A stretch of DNA of 64,000 nucleotides from an uncultured Candidatus Saccharibacteria bacterium. Lineage in GTDB: Bacteria > Patescibacteriota > Minisyncoccia > Phycocordibacterales > SBAW01. Below the pieces are notes generated by a model. The model was given only the letters and a program-made list of their open reading frames with translations. It made no database searches and had not been told where the DNA came from. The stretch is taken from assembly GCA_964420015.1 (NCBI GenBank), contig CAYQPO010000005.1, positions 6,523 through 70,522 of the forward strand, read 5' to 3'. Both the position numbers and the translations under genes were made by a program. The first letter of the stretch is position 1. The number at the start of each line of letters is the position of its first letter. Below are positions 36,718-45,417 of this stretch, in pieces.

Positions 36718-37707
36718 ATGCAAAAGTTGTATGCGCTTATAGCAGTGGTCCTTATAGCAGCCGCAGTTTATGCCTGGGCAAGTCGCCCTGTGCCTAACCA
36801 TGAACCGATCAGAATTGGGGTAATCGCGCCGCTCACCGACGCGTTTGCGCAGTATGGCGAAGAGGTGCGCAAGGGTATTTTCGCGGCCGAGGGCAGCTCG
36901 AGCGTGCAGTTTATATTTGAGGACGAAAAATGCGATGCCAAGACAGCTGTCTCGGCGTTTCAAAAACTTACGAGCGTTGATGGCGTCAAATTCATTATCG
37001 GCCCCGGCTGCGGCAGCCCACAAGAGGCCATCGTGCCGCTTTTACAAAACGCGGGTGTGGTTGTGCTTGCACCCTCGGCCGCTTCGAGAGATCTGTACCA
37101 AAAAAGTGGCGGATACTTTTTTGATATTCAATATTCGCTCGAAGATGAGTCGAGGTTTGTTGCGCAGCAAATGTACGCTCGCGGATATAAAAAAGTTGCG
37201 CTGATCACCTATGCAAACTCTTTCTCCGACGCGCATGCAAAAAGTTTTCGCGCCAATTTCAAAGGCTCGATTGTGATTGATGAGCGCATGCTCCAAGACA
37301 GCGCCGACCTGCTGCCGCTACTGACCAAAATTAAAGCAGCGGGCGTTGATGCAATTTATGCTCCAGACATCAGTTTTTTCTTCAGCAACGCTGAGGCGAA
37401 GATGGCGCAGCTTGCTTTGCACCTGCCCGTCTTTAGCACTTATGTAGCCGAGCTCCCCGGGGTGCGCCCCTTGGTCGAAGGAGTCATCTACTCATTCCCG
37501 GCCAATCTTCCTGGCTCTGAAGGAGGCGTCTACGCACTCTCTAAAGCAGCAGCAGAAGTATTAGCTCCCGCAGTGGTTGAATGCAAAGAAAATGCTGAGT
37601 GCGTAAAGCAAAAACTCCTAAGCTCAGGCCAGTTCGACCAATTTGGTGTCGCCAAACGCGAGCTTATTCTCAAAAAAATTGAAGCCGGCCAAGTGGTCAA
37701 ATTGTAA
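36718..37707 (+). CDS. TM-anchored LivK-type substrate-binding protein, SBP5 (shorter, 329 aa)
   Basis: IRIGVIAPLTDAFAQYGE...DEKCDAKTAVSAFQKL..GPGCGSP. Confidence 0.75.
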   Translation: MQKLYALIAVVLIAAAVYAWASRPVPNHEPIRIGVIAPLTDAFAQYGEEVRKGIFAAEGSSSVQFIFEDEKCDAKTAVSAFQKLTSVDGVKFIIGPGCGSPQEAIVPLLQNAGVVVLAPSAASRDLYQKSGGYFFDIQYSLEDESRFVAQQMYARGYKKVALITYANSFSDAHAKSFRANFKGSIVIDERMLQDSADLLPLLTKIKAAGVDAIYAPDISFFFSNAEAKMAQLALHLPVFSTYVAELPGVRPLVEGVIYSFPANLPGSEGGVYALSKAAAEVLAPAVVECKENAECVKQKLLSSGQFDQFGVAKRELILKKIEAGQVVKL

Positions 37708-38475
37708 TTACTCACTCGAAACACTCCACAGCGCTTTAAAGAACTCGCGGTACCCATCCGCGATTTCTTTGTTGGTCAGCGCAAAGCACAGCGGCTGCTC
37801 ACCAAAGACGTTGTAGACGATCGAGTCGTGCCAAATGCCAATGTCGACTGCGCCAGTGCCGAGGCCAGGAAAAGTTTTATAACTCCACAGCGCGCGTTGC
37901 TTACTCATTTTCTCGAACGTCTTGCGCCGCGCCTCGGTTGAGATCACGCGGATCTCGATCTTGCGCTCAAGGCGAATACGCTCAAACTCGTCGGCCTCGT
38001 GCCCAAGCACTGTCATGTACTCTTCGCCCAACCCAGTGACCACATCGATGCGCGAACCTTGGGGCACGCGCCGAAGCATCTCGAGCTCGTGGCCAACGAG
38101 TGCCGCCGCGCCCTGATAAATTTCAAAACTCTGCGGGCTCACCCCCACAAATCTATTTTGCAACTCACGCACAATTGCCTGGGCAGCAAGCTTCTTCTCA
38201 TCAACCAGCGAGACAATCCGCTGGGGCGCATTGACTGAGAACTTTTTACGCCCGCCTTGTATTACATGCTGAGTAAGTCCGAGCCCCTCAAGCCGAGCGA
38301 GCGCGGCATACACAAACTGCCCATGGAGCCCCGTTGCCCTAATAAGGTTGGTGGTGCCGGTATTGGGCCGGGGGAGCAAGGCCAAGTAGACTCGAGCCTC
38401 TTTATCGCCCAACCCTAACTCGCTCAGCTTTTTGAGCAGGTCTTGATTTTCAGTTTTATCAATAGTTTTTGACAT
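37708..38475 (-). CDS. TrmB-family regulator (paralogue F)
   Basis: LGLGDKEARVYLALLPRPNTGTTNLIRATGLHGQFVYAALARLEGLGL. Confidence 0.65.
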   Translation of the reverse strand: MSKTIDKTENQDLLKKLSELGLGDKEARVYLALLPRPNTGTTNLIRATGLHGQFVYAALARLEGLGLTQHVIQGGRKKFSVNAPQRIVSLVDEKKLAAQAIVRELQNRFVGVSPQSFEIYQGAAALVGHELEMLRRVPQGSRIDVVTGLGEEYMTVLGHEADEFERIRLERKIEIRVISTEARRKTFEKMSKQRALWSYKTFPGLGTGAVDIGIWHDSIVYNVFGEQPLCFALTNKEIADGYREFFKALWSVSSE

Positions 38476-38566
38476 AGAGTGATAAAAGCCTTATTAAGTA
38501 TAGCTTTTATATCACTTTAACATCATCAAAAGTTTTTGACAATAGGTTAATATTATAATACACTTT

Positions 38567-39664
38567 TTGTATATGAACAAGATGTATTTTGGTTTTGGGC
38601 TTCTATTATTGGTTATTTTAGGAGAGGTTGTGGTTTTGTCTCAAAACAAAGAACAAACCACACAGCCTATAAAAATAGGGGTGATCACGGCGCTTACCGG
38701 CGACGTAGCATACTGGGGCGAGTCGACCAAGCTTGGCGCCAAAGTGGCTCAAACTGACCTCAAAAAAGAGGGCATTGATGTGGAGTTTGTCTTTGACGAT
38801 GCGCAACTCGACCCCAAGTTGGCACTGACCGCTGCACAAAAAGAGGTCGGGGTTGACCGTGTGCAGGCGATCTACAGCGAGTTTAACCCGGCAGCAATTG
38901 CGGTGAGCTCGTTTGTAAAAGATAAAAATATCTTGCATGTGTATGATGCAGCACCGATCTCGCCACTGCAAGAGAGCATCAACAACTACAAAACGTTTAC
39001 CGATTTTGAGGTTGGATGCCGTAAAGCAGCCGAGCTGCTTAAGAGTCGCGGCGTACTAAAAGTGGGCGTATTGCAAAATGCACTCGAGTTTGGTCAGTTG
39101 TGCACCAACGGTGTGGTCGCGGTGTATGGAAACAATGCGCTCATCGAAAAATATAATCCTGACACGACCGACTTTCGCACGCCACTTACAAAAATGAAAG
39201 CTGCCGACGTGGGCGCGGTGTTTGTTGCATCGTTTTCGCCTGACCAGATTACTGTGCTCAAAAATATGCGCGGCATTGGGATGAGCGCGCTCTTGGTAGG
39301 CACTACCGACATTGCCACGCCCGAAGTGGTTTCGACTAATGCAAGCCTGCTTAACCACACACTTATCTTTGGGTTGCCGGTGGTCTCACAGAGTTTTATC
39401 ACCAAGCTCAAAGCAGCAATACCGGACGCAACTATTACGAACGAACAGGCGGCGGGGCTAGCCTATGTGCACCTGATGCAAATAGCGCATGCGATCAAGG
39501 CGTGCGGCAACAATCTTGCTTGCGAGCGTAAAGCCATGGACGCATCAAAATCTGCACCCGAGATCGGGTTTAAGGGTTTCGACAATCACATTGCCACGTT
39601 CGACACCTATATAGAGGAGTTTACGAACGGCGCATTCACACCGGTAGACTCTGAGCTACAATAG
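38567..39664 (+). CDS. TM-anchored LivK-type substrate-binding protein, SBP6
   Basis: IKIGVITALTGDVAYWGE... Confidence 0.8.
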   Translation: MYMNKMYFGFGLLLLVILGEVVVLSQNKEQTTQPIKIGVITALTGDVAYWGESTKLGAKVAQTDLKKEGIDVEFVFDDAQLDPKLALTAAQKEVGVDRVQAIYSEFNPAAIAVSSFVKDKNILHVYDAAPISPLQESINNYKTFTDFEVGCRKAAELLKSRGVLKVGVLQNALEFGQLCTNGVVAVYGNNALIEKYNPDTTDFRTPLTKMKAADVGAVFVASFSPDQITVLKNMRGIGMSALLVGTTDIATPEVVSTNASLLNHTLIFGLPVVSQSFITKLKAAIPDATITNEQAAGLAYVHLMQIAHAIKACGNNLACERKAMDASKSAPEIGFKGFDNHIATFDTYIEEFTNGAFTPVDSELQ

Positions 39665-39668
39665 GGAG

Positions 39669-40382
39669 GTGCAAGAAACACTCCTCAAACTCCACAGTGG
39701 CAAGGTGCACTACGGCGGCGTGGTGGCGCTCGATGGCGCTACGGTGCAAATCGACGAAGGCGAAATTGTCGCGCTCATGGGGCCCAACGGCGCAGGCAAA
39801 ACGACCGTGATCAAAGCGATCGTCGGCGTGGCGCCCTTGCAAGAAGGCGCAGTGCTTTGGCACGGACAAAAGCTCAAACCAATCCCGCACGAGATGCCCG
39901 CGCGCGGTGTGGCCTATGTGCCCCAAGGGAGGCAGGTGTTTAAAAATCTCACCGTATTGGAGAATTTGGAACTCGGCGGCTATGCGCTCAAAAATAAAAG
40001 CGACATCAAACAAAACATTGAGAGCGTGTTGAAACTCTTCCCCGCGCTCAAAGAAAAGTTGAACCAAAAAGCTGGGCTGCTTAGCGGGGGTCAACAGCAG
40101 ATGCTCACGATCGCGCGCGGCTTGGTAAGCGACCCGAAAGTGCTTTTGCTCGACGAACCATCGCTCGGTCTTGCACCCAAAATTGTTAAAGAGGTGTTTG
40201 CGCTCATTAAAGAAATAAATCAGGCACGCACAATCGCCGTGCTCGTGGTAGAGCACAGCATCAAATCAGTCTTGGAGATCGCCGACCGCGCTTACGTGCT
40301 CTCGCGAGGCAAAGTAGCTATCACCAAAAACAAAGGGGAGCAGCTCGCGCCCGACGCGCTCGAAAAGGTCTTTTTGGCTTAA
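39669..40382 (+). CDS. livF: branched-chain amino acid ABC transporter ATP-binding protein LivF-type
   Basis: GPNGAGKTT, LSGGQQQMLTIARGL, LLLDEPS. Confidence 0.85.
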   Translation: MQETLLKLHSGKVHYGGVVALDGATVQIDEGEIVALMGPNGAGKTTVIKAIVGVAPLQEGAVLWHGQKLKPIPHEMPARGVAYVPQGRQVFKNLTVLENLELGGYALKNKSDIKQNIESVLKLFPALKEKLNQKAGLLSGGQQQMLTIARGLVSDPKVLLLDEPSLGLAPKIVKEVFALIKEINQARTIAVLVVEHSIKSVLEIADRAYVLSRGKVAITKNKGEQLAPDALEKVFLA

Positions 40383-40449
40383 CCCATTCTTCAGCGATCA
40401 GGCGAGCTATACTGAGGATGGCAAACCTTTCAGTACAGGAGCACCACCC

Positions 40450-40833
40450 ATGATTGCTCGAACCATCAGGGGAGCCGAAAAGAAGGCGGCCAAGGAACGT
40501 AGAAAAGGCTACGACGCCAAGGAAAGACTCTCTGTTCGCATGGACCGAGTCCGGGAGAGGTGCCCCGATCTCGCGGGCAAAAGCGACGAAGAGCTTTTTA
40601 TCGAGGCTTGTGGCGATACCGAACAAGGCAAGGCCGACTTTAAAGAAGCGCGCGAACGCGGCGGAGAGCATGAGACCATGGACGCCTTCTGCAACAGCCG
40701 ACTTGCAACGACCAGCGAGCGAGAGCAGGGCGCCACCACCAATGCTCCGGGCGACACCGCGCCAGCAGCGCAGTTTGGAGACACCGGCCTTTTGCTCAAG
40801 CTCAAGAAAAAGTTCAAAAGGAAGGGTGAATGA
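40450..40833 (+). CDS. hypothetical charged protein
   Basis: 127 aa, Lys/Glu-rich; no motif recognised. Confidence 0.35.
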   Translation: MIARTIRGAEKKAAKERRKGYDAKERLSVRMDRVRERCPDLAGKSDEELFIEACGDTEQGKADFKEARERGGEHETMDAFCNSRLATTSEREQGATTNAPGDTAPAAQFGDTGLLLKLKKKFKRKGE

Positions 40834-40840
40834 AGAAAAA

Positions 40841-40876
40841 GAGCCCCGCTGGCCGCGGGGCTCTTTCTATTTTCTT
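40841..40876. terminator. bidirectional intrinsic terminator
   Basis: GAGCCCCGC-TGGCC-GCGGGGCTC + TTTCTATTTTCTT, A-rich upstream. Confidence 0.5.
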
Positions 40877-41763
40877 CGCTTGCCATGAAAGGCCCGGTGC
40901 ACCTCGCGCAGGTGTTTGTCGGTGATGTGGGTGTAGACCTGGGTGGTTGAGATGTTTTGGTGGCCCAAAAGCGCTTGCACGCTGCGCAAGTCTGCGCCGT
41001 TTTCAAGCAAATCAGTGGCAAAGCTGTGGCGGATCACGTGCGGGGTCACCTTGCGCGTGATGCCGGCTTTAATCGCATAGTGTTTGACGATCCGCTCAAC
41101 AGAGCGCGGCGTGAGGCGCAATTCTTTGGCCGCACCGGCATTTTTGCCGAGCTGAATAAACAACGCTTCGTCGACATCGGCACGCTTTTTTTCGTACTCC
41201 TTTATAGCTGCTTTGGCTCCAGGGGAGAGAAACACCACGCGCACCTTCTCGCCCTTGCCGCGCACCGAAAACTCATCGCGGGTTAAGTCGAAGTCACGAT
41301 TGAGTGAGCAGAGTTCGGATACACGCAGGCCGGTGCTAAAAAGGAGCTCGAGCATGGCTCTGTCCCGCAGTGCGGCAAGGCCGCTGCGCGCAGGCGCTTG
41401 CATTAACCTGTTGAGTTCGTCGTGGGTAATCAAGTCGAGGTCGCGTTGGCCAACCTTGGCCAATTCAATCCGCTCGGGATTTAAACTTTCTATCCCGCGC
41501 TTGCGCAAAAATTTTAAGAATGCGCGCAGTGCAATAAGGTAGTAGTTTTGTGTTTTATGTTTGAGGCCCTGGCGATTGAGCGCAATCCGAAACTCCCGCA
41601 CCGAGCTTTCGGTCAACTTAGCGGGAGAGACGAGCTTGCTAAAGCCTAAGTAGCGGGTGAGGTAGTGATCATAATTCTCGACCGTCTTAACAGAGCGACC
41701 TTTCTCAATCTCTAAGTATTCGAGAAACTGTGTTTTGAGTTTTTGGAGTTCGGTGGCTGCCAT
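40867..41763 (-). CDS. tyrosine site-specific recombinase (XerC/XerD-like)
   Basis: 298 aa; RHSFATDLLENGADLRSVQALLGHQNISTTQVYTH with catalytic Tyr context. Confidence 0.85.
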   Translation of the reverse strand: MAATELQKLKTQFLEYLEIEKGRSVKTVENYDHYLTRYLGFSKLVSPAKLTESSVREFRIALNRQGLKHKTQNYYLIALRAFLKFLRKRGIESLNPERIELAKVGQRDLDLITHDELNRLMQAPARSGLAALRDRAMLELLFSTGLRVSELCSLNRDFDLTRDEFSVRGKGEKVRVVFLSPGAKAAIKEYEKKRADVDEALFIQLGKNAGAAKELRLTPRSVERIVKHYAIKAGITRKVTPHVIRHSFATDLLENGADLRSVQALLGHQNISTTQVYTHITDKHLREVHRAFHGKRRK

Positions 41764-41863
41764 ACTCCCATTATAGGTCGCAAAATATTATTTGTTTCTT
41801 TGACACCTTTGCGCACGCTGTGCAATTCTAGGTAGTAGGAGCACCAACAGAAAGGGAAGACCC

Positions 41864-42544
41864 ATGAAGCTGACTCGACTGTTGTGGTTGATCGCGGCCT
41901 TCATGGTCGCATTCACCCACGCTGCGCTTGCCGGAGAAGACGCCGACTTCCAGCACTTATGCAGAGTATTCTTGCTCACGCCCAAAGTCGATGGCTATGG
42001 CGACTTTTTCGAAAAGGACATCATCGCCGCAGAAAAGATGGGCATGGAGCTTTGCGAGTACTCGATCGGCGGCCTGATCGCCAAAAATCGCCCCTCGCTT
42101 GCAGAAATGCTGCGGGCAGTTGAAGAGGAGACCGGGGTCGAACCGGGGATCACGGCCTGCTTTAGAGACGACAAGTATCGGCCCAGAGCCGAAGGCAAGG
42201 CCAACGACCCTCGCGACTCGTTCCACGGCGGGACCAACGTCACCAAAGGCTACGGCGATGGCGAGGCCTGCGACATCGTTGGGCTTGCCCACAATCGCCG
42301 CGAGCGCGACGAGAGGAATGCTGTTGTGTGGGCGTGGTTGCGCAAAAACGATGAGCGTTTTGGGTGGAAGCTCATCTACGGCGAGTGCGACGGCGGGCAT
42401 GTGGCTCCCCTAAAAGGCCGCGAGTACTACGCAAAGTTTGGAGCATGGAACAGGCCTTGTAAGCATGGGACGCGCATTGCCAAAGGCAAGCGTCGTTCGG
42501 CCCGCTTTGCAAGCCTCCCGGGAGCACGACACGCTCCTCATTAA
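41864..42544 (+). CDS. secreted hypothetical protein (possible LAS/M15-like metallopeptidase, weak)
   Basis: signal peptide MKLTRLLWLIAAFMVAFTHAALA; SFHGG...ACD and E..GGH segments loosely resemble Zn-ligand motifs. Confidence 0.35.
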   Translation: MKLTRLLWLIAAFMVAFTHAALAGEDADFQHLCRVFLLTPKVDGYGDFFEKDIIAAEKMGMELCEYSIGGLIAKNRPSLAEMLRAVEEETGVEPGITACFRDDKYRPRAEGKANDPRDSFHGGTNVTKGYGDGEACDIVGLAHNRRERDERNAVVWAWLRKNDERFGWKLIYGECDGGHVAPLKGREYYAKFGAWNRPCKHGTRIAKGKRRSARFASLPGARHAPH

Positions 42545-42550
42545 GAAAAA

Positions 42551-42590
42551 CCGGCCCCGGCGCGCCAAGGCGCGCCGGGGTTTAACTGTT
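42551..42590 (+). terminator. GC-rich hairpin (12-bp perfect stem) with a weak T-tract
   Basis: CCCCGGCGCGCC-AA-GGCGCGCCGGGG + TTTAACTGTTT. Confidence 0.4.
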
Positions 42591-42643
42591 TACACAATAC
42601 AAAGGGTATTGCGTAAAATCACCTAATGTGATATAGTCTGCCC

Positions 42644-42910
42644 ATGCTGACCAAGCAGAAAAAGGCAAAAACCGTTAAGGAAGCGGCTATGCATGAGCAG
42701 GACACCGGCAGCCCCGAGGTCCAAGTGGCCCTTTTGACTAAGCGTATCGACGAGCTCACCTCGCATCTAAAGAAGCACACCAAAGACAAACATAGTCGCC
42801 GCGGCCTCTTGCAGATGGTGGCCGACCGCCGCACGCATCTCAAGTATTTGGAGGGCTCTAACAAGAAGCGCTACAACGCACTTCTTAAAAAACTGGGCTT
42901 GAAGAAATAA
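42644..42910 (+). CDS. rpsO: 30S ribosomal protein S15
   Basis: 88 aa; [38 protein letters not shown]. Confidence 0.9.
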   Translation: MLTKQKKAKTVKEAAMHEQDTGSPEVQVALLTKRIDELTSHLKKHTKDKHSRRGLLQMVADRRTHLKYLEGSNKKRYNALLKKLGLKK

Positions 42911-43021
42911 TTTCTTTTTTTGGGTGTAGTATTGAGAGAGGCATTTTTGTTTCGCCTTGGTTCATGCGGAGCATAGGTTTGGTGAGTATTTTTAAAAGAG
43001 TTCATTTAGTATGTATTTTAT

Positions 43022-43690
43022 ATGGCAATCATTAAACACAAAAGCCAGCGTGTCGGCATTTTTATAGACACACAAAACCTCTACCACAGCGCCAAAAACC
43101 TCTACAAGTCTAAAGTCAACTTCGGCCAGGTGGTCAAGGAGGCAGTCGCAGGACGCAATCTGATCCGCGCAATAGCCTACGTGATCCGCACCGAGGGCGA
43201 GGAGGAAAAAGGTTTTTTCGAGGCGCTCAACAAACTCGGGATCGAGACGCGGGTTAAAGACATTCGTGTCTTTGCCGGTGGGGCCAAAAAGGCCGACTGG
43301 GACATCGGGATGGCGATCGATGCGGTTGCGATGGGGCAGAAGCTCGACGCTATTATTTTGGCAACGGGCGATGGAGACTTTGTACCCTTGGTCGAGTATC
43401 TTAAATATACCTACGGCGTGCAGGTTGAGGTGATCGCGTTTGGCAAATCGTCTTCGGGCCAGTTGCGCGAGGCGGCCGACGACTTTATCGACATCTGCGA
43501 AGATCCGCGCAACTTCCTGATTGGCTACCGCGGCGGCGTCGGGCGCTACATCCCTGGTTTCGGTGGCAGTGCAGGGAGCGACCGCAACGGCGGGCGGGTC
43601 AATGCCGATACCTCGATGGAGACGACCGAAGCCCCTAGCTGGGACGGCGACGGAGAAGACCCGGCGATCAAGATGTCGGGCGAGGAATAA
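43022..43690 (+). CDS. NYN-domain (LabA/DUF88-like) protein with Gly-rich C-terminal tail
   Basis: VGIFIDTQNLYH...ILATGDGDFVPLV PIN-like NYN signature. Confidence 0.7.
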   Translation: MAIIKHKSQRVGIFIDTQNLYHSAKNLYKSKVNFGQVVKEAVAGRNLIRAIAYVIRTEGEEEKGFFEALNKLGIETRVKDIRVFAGGAKKADWDIGMAIDAVAMGQKLDAIILATGDGDFVPLVEYLKYTYGVQVEVIAFGKSSSGQLREAADDFIDICEDPRNFLIGYRGGVGRYIPGFGGSAGSDRNGGRVNADTSMETTEAPSWDGDGEDPAIKMSGEE

Positions 43691-43720
43691 TTCTAAAAAA
43701 TTTATTACAGAAAGTGAAAA

Positions 43721-43749
43721 GCCCTACCTCCGACGGAGGTAGGGCTTTT
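43721..43749. terminator. bidirectional terminator, followed by a second perfect hairpin
   Basis: GCCCTACCTCC-GAC-GGAGGTAGGGC + TTTT (A-rich upstream); second hairpin GCAGCGCCGC-TAA-GCGGCGCTGC at 43751-43775 + TTTTG. Confidence 0.45.
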
Positions 43750-43759
43750 CGCAGCGCCG

Positions 43760-44317
43760 CTAAGCGGCGCTGCGTTTTGCTGGCCAGTTGTTCACCACCC
43801 GAAAGTCGTCGATACTCGCGTGCCCCCCGGCCCACGGCCATCCCTGCACAAAGCCGAGGTAGTAGTGGACTGTGTTGTGAACGGGCGAGTGAGTGTTGTA
43901 GGCGAGTGCTGCAAAGAACGCGTGGTCTTGCAAACCGCCCTCATGCTCGAGCGGGTAGCACGACTTGCAGCCGACTTTGGCTGCTGCGCCGGCAGCGAAC
44001 CCGCTCCAGCGGCGGCGTTTGTCGGCGTCGTTCATCCGCGCCATGTCAAGAAACATTTGCTCGACATGCCCGTAGACCTGCTCCGGTGTGGGCCCTTGCA
44101 AACTAAGCGGAGCCGCATTCGGCTCGATGTTTTTGGGCTGGCCGATCAGCTCACCGAGCTGTATGACACTGGGCAGCATAGCGCCGTGCTTGAGCTGCAC
44201 AGCTCTTACAAAAGCTGCCGCTTGCGCGATGCAGTGCAACTCACTTACCCCTGCGAGCATCTGCTCGCTGCGGGCGAGCGCGGCAGCGATTTCTTGCGGA
44301 GTCATCGTGTGACTCAT
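43760..44317 (-). CDS. hypothetical protein (His-rich motifs; unassigned)
   Basis: 185 aa; no family recognised. Confidence 0.4.
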   Translation of the reverse strand: MSHTMTPQEIAAALARSEQMLAGVSELHCIAQAAAFVRAVQLKHGAMLPSVIQLGELIGQPKNIEPNAAPLSLQGPTPEQVYGHVEQMFLDMARMNDADKRRRWSGFAAGAAAKVGCKSCYPLEHEGGLQDHAFFAALAYNTHSPVHNTVHYYLGFVQGWPWAGGHASIDDFRVVNNWPAKRSAA

Positions 44318-44420
44318 GAGGATACTCCTCTATACTGGTTGACCGACCCCACGCTAGCACAAGACTTTTGTTTTTGATAGGGTAGGCAGCAGAGAACTGA
44401 ACACTAACCGGGAGCTCTCA

Positions 44421-45272
44421 ATGAAACGCTTAAAGTTGCTACGGCCCGTGCGTATCGAGGGTTACGACTTTTGGAATCGGCGCTCGCTGCTTATCATCGA
44501 GCCGCTCTCCAAAAACACCGACGCGTGGTACTGGCGCGTGGACGGCAAAGATCTGCCAGTTACTTCGAAACTCATGGCCCTGGGGCCATGGGGGCGGACT
44601 GTCTCGCTCCAATTCGAGGAGCACCGCCTCAACGAGTTTGAACACTTGGCCTTCCTACACATGCTTGGCTTGCGTAACGTGCGGGTGGAGCTTATCGGCA
44701 GCGATTGGCCGCCGTACATGTGCTCGGAAGCACTCTGGGAGAAAGCGCTCCTGAGTCTGTGGCCTGACGGCGTGCTTGAACCGTTTGTGCCACATGCAAA
44801 AAGAGAAGAGCGCTTTGGCAAGCAACCGAGACTTCGCCAGGTGATCTACGTTCCGATGGACAACGAGGTGGAGATCCGCGCCGAGGTCGACTACGGGCCG
44901 GGCAAACAGGGAAGCGCGCAGTTTTGTATCACCGAGAAGGCGCACCCGTCTTGGGATGCAAGTATTGCGCAGATCGTGCGGGCGCGCACGCTTGGGCGGC
45001 CCAACGTGTTGCGAATCCTCGCGGGAGTATTTGGGTGGAAGCACTACAGCAAGGTGCTGTGGCTGCCGAGCGACCACTGCGAGTATACCTACCACGAACT
45101 CGCGCAACACAAAATCCTCGACGGGATGCTGCTGAGTTTTGCAGCGCCCCGCGGGATGTTCTTGAGCGGCTCGATTATCTTTCGTGCCTCTGACCACGCA
45201 ATGGACCTGGCGCTTTTGCGAGCACTCGAGCCGCAAAAGATTGCCCAGTTTCGCTCTGCCACTGCTGCCTGA
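44421..45272 (+). CDS. LpxC-family (UDP-3-O-acyl-GlcNAc deacetylase fold) homologue
   Basis: alignment from memory with E. coli LpxC: EHL..L..LG (E78/H79), P.YM.SEA (MDGSA region), RARTLG (ISRARTFG), HKILD (H238-K239-x-x-D242), SDHAMD..LL.AL (SGHALN, H265). Confidence 0.6.
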   Translation: MKRLKLLRPVRIEGYDFWNRRSLLIIEPLSKNTDAWYWRVDGKDLPVTSKLMALGPWGRTVSLQFEEHRLNEFEHLAFLHMLGLRNVRVELIGSDWPPYMCSEALWEKALLSLWPDGVLEPFVPHAKREERFGKQPRLRQVIYVPMDNEVEIRAEVDYGPGKQGSAQFCITEKAHPSWDASIAQIVRARTLGRPNVLRILAGVFGWKHYSKVLWLPSDHCEYTYHELAQHKILDGMLLSFAAPRGMFLSGSIIFRASDHAMDLALLRALEPQKIAQFRSATAA

Positions 45273-45288
45273 GCACAACGCACACAAA

Positions 45289-45320
45289 ACGCCCCGGCCT
45301 TGCAGCCGGGGCGTGTTTTG
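45289..45320 (+). terminator. intrinsic terminator
   Basis: ACGCCCCGGC-CTTGCA-GCCGGGGCGT + GTTTTG. Confidence 0.5.
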
Positions 45321-45417
45321 CTACAGTTACAGTGTTCTCTTAATCACTAAAAGAAGCGGGTAGATAGGTAGGTCTCCATAAGAGTCGACCTAAAATCTGC
45401 CTACTTCGCCTAAAGCA

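Noticed and set aside
40867-41763. Tyrosine recombinase as a marker of an integrated mobile element
   Set aside because: No adjacent tRNA/att-like repeat, no phage or conjugation genes; the sequence looks like a chromosomal XerC/XerD-type dimer-resolution recombinase.
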